DNA of 64,000 bases, from contig CM052816.1 of assembly GCA_028534125.1 (NCBI GenBank), forward strand, positions 99,946,001 through 100,010,000, written 5' to 3'. Positions 37,929-51,188 of this stretch are shown in pieces (within the stretch, counting starts at the first letter, position 1; every line of letters begins with the position of its first letter). The notes below the pieces were generated by a model. It was not told the DNA's origin and did not search any database. It saw only the letters and a program-made list of their open reading frames with translations. The DNA is from Lama glama. Its lineage: Eukaryota. The position numbers were made by a program, and so were the translations under genes.

Positions 37929-38798
37929 CAACTGATAGTGACCTGGGGCCCTCCTTGTCTTAGATGACGTTTTGTTCTGAGCGTGCTCGGAAACCTCTGA
38001 CAACCCAATCACTAATTTTATTTTGTGTTTTTCTTTTGCTTCTCGCTACGTTATAGATACATTTCTTGTCCAACAGTCAAACCCAGCACAAGGGAGAGTG
38101 GAGGTGGCAGCATGCTCTTTACACCCCTGGGAGGTTTCCTCATTGCTCTGCAAACTGGCCCAAGGGCTGAGGGCACTTGGCCTCAGCTTGCCATCAGAAC
38201 TCATGCCTTGACCCACATGGGCACTGGGACCCCTGGAGGCTAGTTCTCAGGACAGACATGAGCACTGAGCAGAGGAGAATCGGGGATGGAGCCAATGATG
38301 GCGCTGGTGACAGCCACAGCCACCATAACAAGGTGAACCCTGGCAGAGCCGATGCCAGCAGAAGCAGAGGTGTGAGGCCCGGGGCTGGCAGCAAAGCTGA
38401 CTCAGGCTCTGTGAGACCAGCGTGTGAGTTCTCAGAGGCCCTGCCACTCCCGTGCTGAAGCGCTGACCAGGCCGGGGCTCCGGAGCTAATGCCTTCCCGG
38501 CTGTGCTCCGCAGGAGGCGGGCCAGGGCAGCACCTCCCGTCGCTGGCTCCTGGCTTGGGACGCCTGCTTTCTGTGCACTCGGCTACAGAGATGGGCCGGG
38601 CACTGGACTCTCCCTCTCTGAACTCCTCGCGCCTGTTCTGCACCAGCGACGTGCGTTTAGGAGAAGGTGGTGACTCACTGACACAACGAGCCTGTAACAG
38701 GAACTCAGCAAGCCAGGCTGAGTGTGCGAGCAGAGGCCCAGCGTACCAGGCGGCCCACAGAACCCTTGGTCTTTAAAGAACTTCGGCACATTTCTCTC

Positions 38799-39269
38799 TG
38801 TTACTGAGTCCATGCTTGTGCTGCTGGCCGCAGGACACACCAACGTATCAAGAGCTGAATTGTCGGGGCAAGGAATAGTGACTTTACTTGGAAAGCCAGC
38901 AGACCAAGAAGATGGCGGACTAGTGTACCAAAGAACCATCTGTCCTGAGTTAGAAGTCAGTCTTCTTTTATACTAAAAGGGGAGGGAGTCAAGTCAAACA
39001 TTTCCTGTCTCCCTTCAGCCTCCAGAAGGGCTGTGCTAATTTCTTCCTTCACAGGGGGGCCTGGTCAGGAGGTTTCCTGTGAGCTAAGCAAAGGTATTTT
39101 AGCTTAGTGTGCATTCCCTGGGAGGCAGCGTATTATGAGTCGTTATGCATAATTTAAGCTTACAGGCAACATCCCTTTAGTGACGAACTTGTAGCAAAAG
39201 CAATGGAACACAGAGGCTAAAGCAAGAGAAACAGACCCAGACGCAGTCAGGTCTGTTCTTCCTGTTCCG
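38799..39269 (-). mobile_element. ERV-type solo LTR
   Basis: ~470 bp element starting tgttactgag. On the minus strand a TATA box (TATAAAA, 38966-38972) is followed ~80 nt downstream by an AGTAAA poly(A) signal (38883-38888), as expected for U3-R-U5. Confidence 0.65.
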
Positions 39270-41135
39270 CCTCGAGCCCACACTCACAAGTAGACGCAGG
39301 ACAAAGCTGAGCGGTGAGAGGCTGGCGGGCAGGGAACGCCTCTGCCGTGGGCTTCTCAAGGGCGCAGTCGTCTCGTGGGGTACGCGCCCCTCCCGGTCAC
39401 CCTCATCCTGCTGGGGTCCCACCAGGAGATGCCTCTGAGAACTGCGCTGATGTTTAGTGAGGACTCTGCCTGTGGGTTAGAAGAGATACATGTGCACACA
39501 TATATGTATTCTGCGTGTTTTAAACAATTCGTCATGTCCTCTACCTTAGCTCTGCGGGCAAAGTATGTTGCAGAATGCATTCTATACGTAAATAAGGTTT
39601 CTTTTTGTAGAAAGATTCATTTCAGAGACATTGTGACAGCATTTGCTGCCCTGTCACTTCAGTGCGGAGCTGGTTAGCTGGCCCTTCCTCATTAGATCTG
39701 CGCACGTGCTGCACTGGGTGCCCAGGCCTGGATGTGCCTGTTTTCTTAGTGTCCCATCTGAAGGGGGAGACGGCGGTACCTTCAGGTCTTCTCAGCCCAT
39801 GAACGTTCCTGAACGTGACCAAGAAGCCACCGGGAAAGGCACTGGTCCGTCGGCACAGAAGTTCTTGGTGCTCCTGGGAGACACGCCCACAGTCTGCACC
39901 ACGTGGATGTGACCCCCGACCAGCGTGACGGACTGTCGGTGCCAGGCCCCAGCCAGGAGCCAAGCTCTGCCATCACAGCCTCGCGCAGAAGGTAAGACTT
40001 CAAGAACGAGGGCTCCGTTTCACTTAATCTCTCCTGGGTTGGGAAACCTGTGTTTTGAAACCCTTTGTCACTGTTTTCTTTTTGAAGGAGCTGCCTTTAG
40101 TTAATTTTCATCACATGCCGAATTGGACTCCGATGGGCGGCACCCCAGCCGGTTCAGTTTTCCTTGGCACTGAGCTCAGCCCGCTGCGTGGTCAGACTGA
40201 CCCGGGTGCAGGTGGCGCAGACCTGCGGGGCGGGGCGGCGGCGGGGGGCGGAGGGCTGGTGCCGATGGCAGCTCCGGAGCGCCGTCTTCACGCTCGAAAG
40301 ACGCTGGCAGAACGTGCTGAGACCAAAGACACGAACTGCTTCTCGTGGGAAGTTGTAATAGTCTAATGAAACGGTCTGATGCGGGGCTACCCAATCCCCG
40401 CCTCCACCAGTTTTATCAAGTGTTTTGGCTTCACCAGGGGCAAACGGGTCAGCGTGTTGGCTTCTCACTGTTCACGAAGCAAATAGAAGTCTCCCCCAAG
40501 GAAACTGTCCTGCAGCAGACACGAGACGAGTGTTTTCCGAGAAGACAGAAATTTGCTGGAGAACAGACACAGCCCTGGGCCTGACACAGAAGGGGCGTTG
40601 CATCCGTTCTCGTTGAAATCGCAACGGAGGTCTGCAAGAGGAGCAGAGGGAACGCCCCTTGGCGTCGCGATGGCGGCACTCGTGATCCAGAACCATGGAT
40701 TTCCCTCTCTGGGCCTCGGTAAGATGAGGGGTCGGACTTCGTGACCTGAGACCCCTCCAGCTTCTAAGCACTTTGACACGACCCAGCTCCAGGGCCGGCT
40801 GTGGGCCGCCTGCTCACGCACCGCCTTTCCGGAGTTGAGGACGGCAAGGCCCACGTGCCGCGCACGAGCCACTGAACCCGCGGAGCAGGCCGGGCACCTT
40901 TCCCAGGAAAGGGGCTACGGGCCATGTGCGTGGCCGCCCGCGTTCGGAAGGCTCGGTGCAGACCCTGTGGGGCCCTGTGGGCTGGAGTCAGCCCTCCCAG
41001 CCTGGAGCGGGGCGGGGCGGGCTCCGGGGGGGGCTGCCGGAGGGCAGGGCCTCCTCCTGGTCCCCGGGGAGGATGCTGCCTCCCGTGGGCCCCGCCCCTG
41101 CCCTGGGCTGGAGCTCTTGGATTTTTGTCTGTGAC

Positions 41136-41338
41136 AAGAGTTTCTCAGCTTCAGCACGATCTCCATGCGGCCTTTGTAACCCTCTGTGTGGAGGCTGTCC
41201 CGCGCCCTGTGGAACAGTCCCCAGCATCGATGGATTCCGTTCCCTGGATGCCAGCAGCTCCCCCTCAGTGGTGACAATCAAAATGTCCCCAGTGCTTTGC
41301 TCTGGGGGCCCAAATCACCCTGGATGTTAGGACCACTG
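41136..41338 (-). mobile_element. MER20 hAT-Charlie DNA transposon
   Basis: gtttctcagcttcagcac...ctggatgccagcagctcccctcagtggtgacaatcaaaatgtcccc...aaatcaccctgg...gaccactg matches the reverse complement of MER20 nearly end to end. Confidence 0.8.
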
Positions 41339-42759
41339 TGATACATGGATGGTGACTCCACTTTTTTTAAGCATTCACCCGGGAGTGGGAAACAGTGAGC
41401 CAATATATGTAAGATCGTTCTTAGATCACAGACAAACCGCTGATCGTATGGTGGTATGAAGGAAGTTTAAGTTCTCTGTGCAGGTATCTCAAACTCTCAC
41501 CGTGTGCTCTGTGGGTCACCTCTCACATCCTCAGTTTTGGAGATGACCGTTAAGAACTGTGACGAACTGCTAGAGGTTTTTCAACAGCAAAGTCAAGGCT
41601 GGAAAAACAAAACCAAAAACAAAAACAAAAACGAGGGGAAAAAAATGTCCAGAAAGAGTCACCTTGGATGAAATGCTGTTGATACTGTTTACAGGACAAA
41701 GTTAAGGTTGTAAAAAAGGCACCCAGACGTGGCCTGGATCTGCATGAACTGGGGACGTGCTCCCCCAGAAGCCAGGCGGGCACGGCCTCTGGAAGCATCC
41801 GAAAGTTTCAGCGCCACAGTGGGGAGAGGGCGAGGCCGGCAGCCAGGGACGCTGAACTTTGGAGGGGAGTTCACCCAAAACTCCCAGATCTCGTGCCCTG
41901 GAACCCGGAGGCCCTGCAGCGAGGGTGTTCTGATCGCAGCACATCCTGTGCCAACGACGGACTCTGAAGTTAAGCTTCAACATGAATGAAGCTGTAAAAT
42001 TATATGCAAACAAAGGGACACGCCCCTGACCCCCTTCAGAATTCTCCACCCCTGGACGGAGCTGCCGGCCAGACTGTCCACAGGGCTGGCGTCTGGCACT
42101 GTGGCTGTGCAGCTCTGGGTGGGCCCTCCGCATACCACCCCGTCTTGGACCCCTGACCCCTTGGGCTCATTCCCAGAAAAACAGGTGCAACTGGAGCCTC
42201 CTACGGGAAAAGACAGCCAATAAATAAAGCCCCAGTGAAGCGCCCTGGTTAGTGGTTAATGTCTGTTTCAGCTGCTGGACTTCAAAGAAAATGTGAAGGA
42301 AACCCCAGACCCTTAGTACTGACTTCGAGGGTCGGGGCCACACTCCAGTGAGGAATCCAGGTGTTGCAAACCTGGGACCGGCACAGGGGCACTGGCAGGG
42401 GCAGAGACGGCAGGGATGCAGGTGTCTGGCGAACAGAGCCCAGGTGGCACAAGAGGGGTGACTACACCTCCTGGGCAGGCGTGGTGACACTCCTCACTGT
42501 CCAGGGCAGCCAGCAGAGAACAATTGTTGTTCCTTGTCAACCGTGTAAATGATGTCAAAGTCCGAGTCAGTGGGAGAAGGGGAGCAGAGTCGTTGGAATC
42601 ACATTCCTGAAACTGCCCCGCAGCAGCCAGCACCTGCCCTGCCCTGACCTGCCCTGGGTGGGCGCCAGCCGGCCAGCTCCCCGGGGACCCCGCGCTCGCC
42701 GCACTGATAGCAGTTCCCTCCTGTCCACTGAAGTCAGAAGTGAGCTTCCGTGATCCCTG

Positions 42760-43420
42760 GCGCCTCGATACATTCTCTATTTCTAACATTTTTGCCCATT
42801 GGAATTCTTTTCCTGGGCAACAGCAGCGACAAACAACCGTCTTTCCAGAAAACTGAGTGAGGTTATTCAGTACAAAGGGAATGAACCTGGTTTTTTTCTC
42901 TCCCCTGATCAAAGCAAAACTCTTTTGAAGTTTAGCTATTTGATAGAAAGTGGCTTTTCTAACAAGCTGATATAGGAGTTAATAGGACATAAAGATATTT
43001 TGTTAAACTGCAAACCATTATTGATATTGCAGTTCTAACTTGAAAGAAATATGCGGAATGACACCGGAAATTAATTACGTTATTTCATCATTCTTTTACA
43101 CTACAAACTTTGATACACTTGCACAGATATATAGGTACATTGATAAAAAGACACCAAGACAAACAGAATTTTAATGAGCGAGGAGCTTCTATCTACTAAC
43201 ACTTTGTGACTTAATTTTCCCTGTTTATTCCGTCCATTGATTCCAGCCGAAACCTGCTGTTTCAATGTTGTTATTGACATTCTCCCTGGGTTTCCTTCTA
43301 ATTCTGGCATTGATAGTACCTTGATCGGATTTAGTTTATTTGAATTGCCTGTAGGTTTTGGTCTCTGGAGTTTTCCACTGCTTATAGACATGCAAAGATA
43401 AAACCTCTCTCTTTATCTAA
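42760..43420. promoter_or_regulatory. Candidate highly conserved non-coding element (enhancer)
   Basis: ~650 bp AT-rich, complex, repeat-free island (tgttaaactgcaaaccattattgat, aattaattacg, cattgataaaa, ttttaatgag, tgtttattcc, ccattgatt) with abrupt edges. Confidence 0.65.
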
Positions 43421-45609
43421 AAATCCTTGAGAGACTCTGAAAGATACAGCCGTTTGCGGAGAACGTTAAAAAGCAGGAGGCAGCCGTCAGAAGGAAGGTC
43501 GTTCCCCCCCCCACCCCGGCTGATTCGAGGCCGCGTTTCTACACGCCCTGCACTTCCCGACACCCGCTGGCTTCTCATCCCCCCAGTTCCACTGGCTTTT
43601 GCAAACTGCGTAAGAGAGATGGTTTTGTCACAGCGTCACAAGGGGCTCAAGATCTGGGTCACTCACTCACCTTGGCTTGGAAGTGGCTGATTTTTGCAGA
43701 AGAACATTGTTCATAAGAAATGCAGAATCTTTGAGAAGGATGTTTCTTTCTTTACTAAAGGAGGCGTCCAAGTAGGTGTTCATGGGAACCGTGGGGAACT
43801 GTGAGATTCTCTGGGTCAAACAGGGCCAACTGTAGGCCATTTCAAGTGGTTCAACCTAATCTTGATAACTGCCTTCCAGGACGGGACATGGGTAATCGTT
43901 CAACCACTTAGAAATGGGAGACCAAGTGCATTAATGACTTACAAACAGGAGGGAGGAGATTTTGGCCAGGCGGGAGTGAAATACAGCTGGTAAGCTTGAA
44001 CCATTTTCTTAATTCAGTGACTTGCACACAGAAGCCACTGCAAACTCCAGAGACAAGCAGAGCGCCGCTAACGAGCGGCATCCTGGGTGCCGCCGTGTTG
44101 ATCGGTGGCTCCTCGGCTTTAGGATCCGGTGTGCGCACCTTGGGTTTCCCTGGCTTTCGTCTGGGGTTCCTCCAGCTCCCTCCATGATTCTTCCTGCCTG
44201 GTGATTATTTCAGAAGGACCTCGGTTCTTCTGTTTCCTCCTACTTTTACTTTACTTTTGTTTTTAGAGTTTTGCCTTAATATTGAAAAATGAAAGGCTCA
44301 TGACAACTCTCCAAGCCGTGGACGCAGCTGCACGGACAGAACGGGGTCCTTAATGATCTGCCTGCATTTCCCATCTCATCAATCGTCTCCTCTTTCTTTC
44401 TGCAACTAGCAAGGACTTTGAAATCGGGCACCTGCCCAGGATGCTCTGCAGTGGGGGGGTTGGGTTGGGCTGCTCTGCCTGCAGACAGGCTCTGGGAACA
44501 GTGACCAGAGGAGGAGGAGGAGGGCGGACAAGGACAGGGCACCACTCCCTGTCTCGCCCATCCAGGTTCATTTGCTGAGGGACCACTGGGCGCTCATCCT
44601 GCCCATGGTTAGTGACTCAGCTTGATCTGCTCTTCTGTGAACCATAAGCTCCCTCCCAGGGCGGCCGGGGAGGGCTGCCTGGCATCACTAACTATGGTAA
44701 CACCTCGCTCACTCAGGGAAAGGGGAGCTGCGTGTATATAGCGTTTTCTAGGTAAGTCCTATCTCAACCAAACTGTCAAAGCATGAACAAAATGAGGCCA
44801 TGTGATGAAATCCGTCCCACGTTAATTAGCTACTTGTATGTTTCCTGAACAGCAGCAAACTCAACACAACCTAGCATTGCCTTGGCGAGTCGTGCACGGT
44901 CACGTGTCCCCCTTCCTGCACCTGCTACGTTCATGGGCGATGCTCTCAGGGGCCTGAGCCAGGAAAGCCTGCCGGACCCTCGTAATAACTGGCCTGAGTG
45001 GCCGTGCCCTTACCATCGGTCAGTGTGGTCTCTCCCTGGCCGTGTGGTCTCCCGCCCACCATGTGGCCTCCAGCAAAAGAACATGTGCGGTCACAGTCAT
45101 TCCCAGCTGCGCTGGGGCCAGCGGAGGAGCCCGGCACGGAGCCTCACGTGAGCACGCCGAGAACAGGAAGGCTCTCCCGTGGAACTAACGTGCCGATCGT
45201 GACACTTGACAACAGGACAAGCGAACGAGTAATGCTTGGTGGGCGGGGGTTACTCCACCGTCCAGTCGCTCATCTGCTGTGGGCTCAGCTCCCTGTTTGG
45301 TTAACGGTGGTCGAGGAGAACACTGACCAATCAGGAGCAGGCTTGGTGTCACGAGGGGTCGGCCACACGGCCTGCCGCAGGCTCGAGGGCCACAGGCCCG
45401 AGCAAGGTCGTCCCGGGCCCGCCGGGGTGCAGGCGGCGGAGACAGGAGGCTGCCTTGTGCGAGTCTGCGTGAGCTTCTCTTTCACTCTAAGGGGCTCAGT
45501 GCGTCAGCATGAGACTGGGGTGCCCTGAAGTTTGCTTCTGAACCACCGTGGAGACACTTCCAGATAAAACAGTTGCCGAGAATGTTTCATCGTCTTCCTG
45601 GGATGCAGC

Positions 45610-46058
45610 ACGATTGTGAACCCTGTGGGCCAGCTGGACTGGAGTCCGGGGCCCGGATGCTGTGGCTCAGGACGGTCCTGGGAGTGTCTGGGGGCGTGTT
45701 TCTGAATCAGACGAGCATGTGGACCTGCGGCCTGAGGACAGCAGGGGTCCCTCCACAGTGTGGGTGGCCTCCACCGGTCCACGAGGGCCTGGAGAGAAAA
45801 AAGATGGAGCTACAGCAAGGCTGTCCTCTGCCCAGCTGCCGAGCTGGGACACTGACCTCCTGTTCTCGGCTGGGACCTGCACCATCCTCCTTCTGGTTCC
45901 CGGAGCTCTGCCCGACCTCTCCTGGTGTCCAGCTGCATAACCACAGAAGCTGCTCTTCATGTGACATACATTTCTGTGAGGTAAATACACTCTGTTGGTA
46001 TTTATTTGTGTATATTGGACCCATTAATTCTGCTTCTCTGGAGAACACTGACCAATCC
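45610..46058 (+). mobile_element. ERVL solo LTR, MLT2-like
   Basis: ccagctggactgg, gtgtctgggggcgtgtttctgaatcaga, ccctccacagtgtgggtggcctccaccggtcc and 3' end tctgcttctctggagaacactgaccaatcca. Confidence 0.8.
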
Positions 46059-46477
46059 AAGTGTAGATGATCCCGGAGCCAGAGTTCCCAGAATCACTTC
46101 GTCTCCCTTCATCCGGCTTCCTCATTCAGAGACGGGATGAACTCATGGGGCAGATTTTGAGGTTCCCATAAAACAGTACGCAGGTTACACACGAAGTCTT
46201 ATAGAAACACGGAGTTTGAATAGAAAGCATATTTTCCCAAGAATCTCAGTGTGGACTTGATGTGCACCTGCAGCTTCTGAATGCAAATATTAACAAATAC
46301 AAATGTTAATAATCTCATGTACGTGGAGCTCCTGTTTGAAAACCTTAGATATTGATGATCTAGTCATAAAAACATTGGGTGTTGGTAACTTTGAGTGGGA
46401 CTGGGGAGGTGCTAACAACTTCACACCTGCGCACATCTTGTTAAATTGGCACAAGGACGCCACGTGGCAGGCACCAC

Positions 46478-46600
46478 AGCCATTTCCACTTACAGGTGAG
46501 AATGCCTAGGTTATGAGAAGGTGGTATTTGACCAAGTCCTCACAGCCAGCAGACGCTGGAGCCACATTCCCAACTCACATCGGCTGGATTCTGAAGCTTG
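46478..46600 (-). mobile_element. MIR SINE fragment
   Basis: ccacttacaggtgagaatgcctagg...tgaccaagtcctcacagc resembles the reverse-complemented MIR core. Confidence 0.5.
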
Positions 46601-48669
46601 AATCTCACCAAAGTGGCATCTGACCTGTATCAAATTAGACTCTCCCATTTTTGCAAACTCAGGCTGGCTTTTCCCCAAGAATGTGATGACGTCTCACCAT
46701 GCCCTACCCAAATGAGTGAAAAACAGAGATGAAGTCCAAGGTGCATATTGAATAATAAGCTTTAAGAACATCGGCACGCTGGGGACTGCGGGGCGAGTGA
46801 CAGACATGCCACCGGGAGGGGCTCTGATGGGGCCTTGATAAGTCAGCCCTGCAGAAGCACCCATGCCCCAAGCACCAGGGGCTCTTCCTGGGGGAGGGGG
46901 CTTCACCTGCCGTGAGGGGTCTGTCTCTCTGCACAGGCTCCCCAGGTCCCTCAGCAGCAGCCCCCGAAGGTATGGTGCCCGCCCTCTGCCCACTCTGTCC
47001 GCCCAGCAGGCGCAGCTGGGCTGCCAGGCAGCATGGGGAGAGCGGACGAGAACCCACAGAGCAGAGGGAGAGCGCGTTACCTAAGCAAGTAAATGGGAGC
47101 CCAGCCCACGTGCTGAGACGGAGGGTCTCCGTCACGTTACTGAACAGGGAGACCCAAAGCTAGAGGCGTCCCTGGCCACCTCCACTGGCGCAGTGCCGTC
47201 AGCCCAGCGCTATGCCAGCTCCGCAGTGGATGCGACAGACCTCCCGGCCTAAAAGCCGGGAGGACGAGCAGCAGCCCCCATGAAACCACCGGAGCAGCGC
47301 GGGTGACGGACACGACACGCCTAGGCCGGGACGCAGGCCCTCGCGGAGGAAGGCGCCCGGAGGAAGGCGGGGAGGAGGCGGGCGCTCGGGGGAGGACCCC
47401 CGAAGGGAAGCAGGCTGGGCCTGCTGTGGGCTGTGGGCGGGGTGGGCAGGCGCCGTCTGAGCCAAGAGGAGCCCAGAACCGAGGCTGGCGGTCTTCGTGG
47501 TGTCTCCTCGCACGGCGCGCCCCGGCCTCCACTCCCGCTACGTCCTCCTCGTTTCCGCTTGTTCTGTGTTTTCTGGAAGCTCTGCATCCGAGCTCCCCAG
47601 CTCCTCTCTTTCCCAAGACCTTCTCGGCACAGTCAGTCCCATTTCTGGGTAGGATTTTAAAGCACCTGTTTTCTGGCCTTTAGGCTGCACTGAGCTGTAT
47701 GCTAGTTGAGGGGGGCTAACACCTGGGACCGGCTCAGCAGCCGGCAGAGCTGCGCTGGGGGCTGGGGCGGGGCCGGGCTGGAGGACGTCTGGGGTGAGAC
47801 CAGTGACTGGGGGCTACTTCTCCTTCTGGGCTTTCCTTCCTGTCTCTCCAGCTGCCAAATCCTATTCCTCTCCTAGATCTGGTCCAAACCACAGCTCCCC
47901 CAGGCCATCTGCCAGTGGGCCTGCCTCCTTGGGGTCTGCCGGTCGGCACATTGCTGCCGGGGAGCAGGGCCGGGTCCCAGCACCCTCTGGACAGTGGGTC
48001 CCCTTTCCTTTCGGTGACGTCAGTGAAAGCAAGAAACACCTCCCCCTCCTCTGACTGAGGCCGGAGCTACGGCTCTCAACCCAGGGGACCCGCACCTTCG
48101 GGCATGCTCGCTGTCGGCTCGGAGGGGTCCTGTGGACTCAGCGCGCGCGCACACACACGTGCACACGTGCCTGCAGGACCAGTCTGTTCCTGCAGTGATT
48201 GCCTGTGATGGGGTGTCCCACTCCTGATCCTGGGAACTCGGTCCTGCTCTGACCCTCTTACCAATGGCACCAGTGGTTTTGTCATTGGTTCACAGGGGTG
48301 GATTCCCAATAACTGGAAGGTGAGTCCTTAAAGTGAGCCCTTGGTCTGTCCAAGCACAGCACCCCTGCTCCTCCCCCTCCAGGCAAGCCAACGGGGGGGT
48401 TCTGCATCTCGGGAGGTGGCTTGGGCACCCCAGGTTGTCATGGGAACCAGCACACCTCACGTTCCTCTGGGTTGTGAGCTGGGGTCATCACCCTGACTTT
48501 AGGAAAGGCGTGGCTGTGCCCCCGCCGGCCACCAGGAACGGCAAGTGTCACTGAAGAGCTGGGGCTGGCCTCGGCGACCGCGAAGGACACAAACGGTTCC
48601 CAGGGGCCTCATACGGCACCTCACCACCAGACCACATGACACCAGATTCTGCTGCTGCTTCACTTGTCC

Positions 48670-48842
48670 GTGTGTGTACAGCTGTGCCTGTGAGTGTGTG
48701 CAGGTCTGCACACGTGTGTGGGTGTACACGTGTGAGTGCACAGGTGTGGCAGCCCACATGTGCACATGTTGAATGTGTGTGTTGGTGTGCATGTGTGCAC
48801 ACGTGTGCTCGTGCTCATGGATGCGTGTGTGTGTGTGCATGT
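48670..48842. repeat. Degenerate (TG/CA)-rich simple repeat
   Basis: Interrupted gtgtgt/gcacacgtgt alternations over ~170 bp. Confidence 0.85.
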
Positions 48843-51188
48843 TTAACCAGTGGAGATCCTCCTCTTACCCCCGGCCCTGGGTGGCTCTTCCCTCAGAGCC
48901 AGAGCAGCAGAGAGGAATCCAGGGAGTGCATCCAGTTGCCCCCACCTGCCCACACCCCCACCGGTGTTCGCTGAGAGCTCGGGGCTGACCCTCCGTTTAT
49001 GAGAATCACAACACGGAGAAGTGATCACAGAGGTTGAATACCTTTCGATATCTGAGGAAATCTGAGCTTCCCTCCTCAAGAGGCTGCTGGCCTCCAGGGG
49101 CGTCCGATAAGCTTATGTCATCGTGACACCCCAGCAGGTGCAGGTTCATGGCACATACACACACACGCACACACACAGGACCCGCGGCAGCCGGGTGTCC
49201 ATCCTGACTAGACGCCTCTGCTCCCAGGCCGAGCACTGGTCCCACACACAGATGTCTGCTCCTTGTGGGTAAAATATGTTTGCATGTCACGAGAAGATTT
49301 TGCACTCATATGTTTTTCATGATGAAATTAAAATCAGTAGATCTTTCATGTGTCAATATCATTGCTTTGTGTGTAGAAACCATTAGCTGCCTTTGAAGGC
49401 AGCAATTTATGCAAAAGCACAATTAATTTCTTCTCTGATTGTTTTGTTTCCCAAAGCACTGCCACTGTCCAGCCTTAGGTCTGAGCTCTCAGTCAGAGAA
49501 GACCCCCTTTTAAGGGTTTATTTCATGCTGTGTGTTTCTCTGAGTTGAAGACCCTCAGATCTGTGGGGTTGGCCCTGCTGGTGGGTCACAGGGTCTCACC
49601 GCCCAGACGGGCTGGGAGGGGCTTTCTCCCTTTCCAGCGCCCGGGCTCAGATCTCAGTGGCTGGAAAGTCTACATGCAACTGGCATCTTCCACGATTTCA
49701 CTTGTTTAAGACCAGAACATCTGCTGCTGGCTTCTGAGGGCGAAACAGAACCACTGCTGTTAGTTCCTTGGGGAAGGAAATGCCCGTCTGAACCCGGAGC
49801 AGGAGACCTTCCCAGGCCAGCGGTGGGGCCGCGGGGCATCCGGCCACACCCTCGCAGAGGGTCCCTCCATCAGCTTCCTGCTTCCCTGCACTACCCTCGG
49901 GGTCCCTGTGTCCTTCTCTGGCTGGGGGGCGGGGCTCCCCACAGGTCCCTGCGTCCCCAGCCCAGGGCACGGGGTAGACGCCCAGCCCGTGTTCACTGAA
50001 TGGGATCTGAGGGACCCCCGAATATGTGGACTTTGAGTAAATAAACAGCACAGAAAGGAAACGCCAGCACTGGTTCAGCAGGGGTGGAGGAGGGCTCCGG
50101 CTGACGTCGAGCTCCGACGGTCCAGGCCTCATTCCCCCCGGGCGTCAGTGGCGCGCAGACAAGGCAGTGTGGCTGTAAACCACGTGCAGGGACGGATGAA
50201 TGCACGGCTCCTCCTCTGATGAACAGCCTAAGTGCAAGGCCGGCCATTACTTCCAGCTTCCTGTAAATGTGCTTTCCCCGGGGCAGGAGGAGGGTCGGCT
50301 GCGGTGCCTCAGAGGCGGTGTGGTGCAGCCCTCCTTTTCATTTGAGGACATCTTCCCTTCAGGGTGGCTCCCAGCGCCCGTGGCAGCGCACAGGCGGCCA
50401 GCCCAGCTCTGGAGCCGAGGACGCCGCATTGTGTATTCCGGTCACTGCGCCGAGGTCATCTCTGCTAGTGCTGGAGGTTGCTAGGCCATTATCAGCCCCT
50501 GATGCCTCTCCAGCTGCGAGGCTAATTTGGATTCAGGGAGGAAACATGGACATGGCCCCCCTCGGCCATCCACCAGCCAGACGACAGCGCACGTCCCTGT
50601 ACTTCTAGGAGCCGTGGGGACACAGGGGCCACTCACCCAGCGCAGACAGCAGGACAGGAGGCTACACCCAGGCAGGACCCGGGGAACACGGCCATGCCTT
50701 CACCACCCGATAACCAGGACGGGGCCAAGTTTTAAGTTTGCGTTAGACATGGATGGACCGTGCGTCATGTCGTTTACAGTCCATGATGAAATTCCCGTTC
50801 TGTTTGTATCTGACTGTCCATGCCGGGCAGGAGCGGAGACACAGTCACGGTCACGATGTGGCCGGGAATGACACCCTGCATCTTGTGGGTGTTTCCCTTC
50901 CATTGTGCGAACTCTGCAGTAATGATGACCGAGACCTTGTGGAGAAGGAGGGCGGACACACGTCTGCGCCCCTTTCTCCCCAAGGGGTATCTGAATCACT
51001 TTTCCCTATTATCCGCTCATATGGGAGAAACTAAAGGGGGACACGTGAGACTGAGGGTCTGTGGTCCTGGCAGAGGAGGTTCAGAGGGTCCCGCGTCCTT
51101 AGCTGCTCTGGGCCATGTCCCCACCCCCTTCTTTTTATTTTTTTTGGAGTTCATAATTTAATCCTTGCTACTTCCATTTTTGTTTGCA

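Noticed and set aside
37171..38012. ORFs of 200-254 aa with X runs
   Set aside because: Artefacts of translating through the 500-N gap.
43006..43034. 8-bp inverted repeats (aactgcaa/ttgcagtt; also agtgctcg/cgagcact at 55186-55213)
   Set aside because: Stems this short occur many times by chance in 64 kb and are far too short for a miRNA hairpin.
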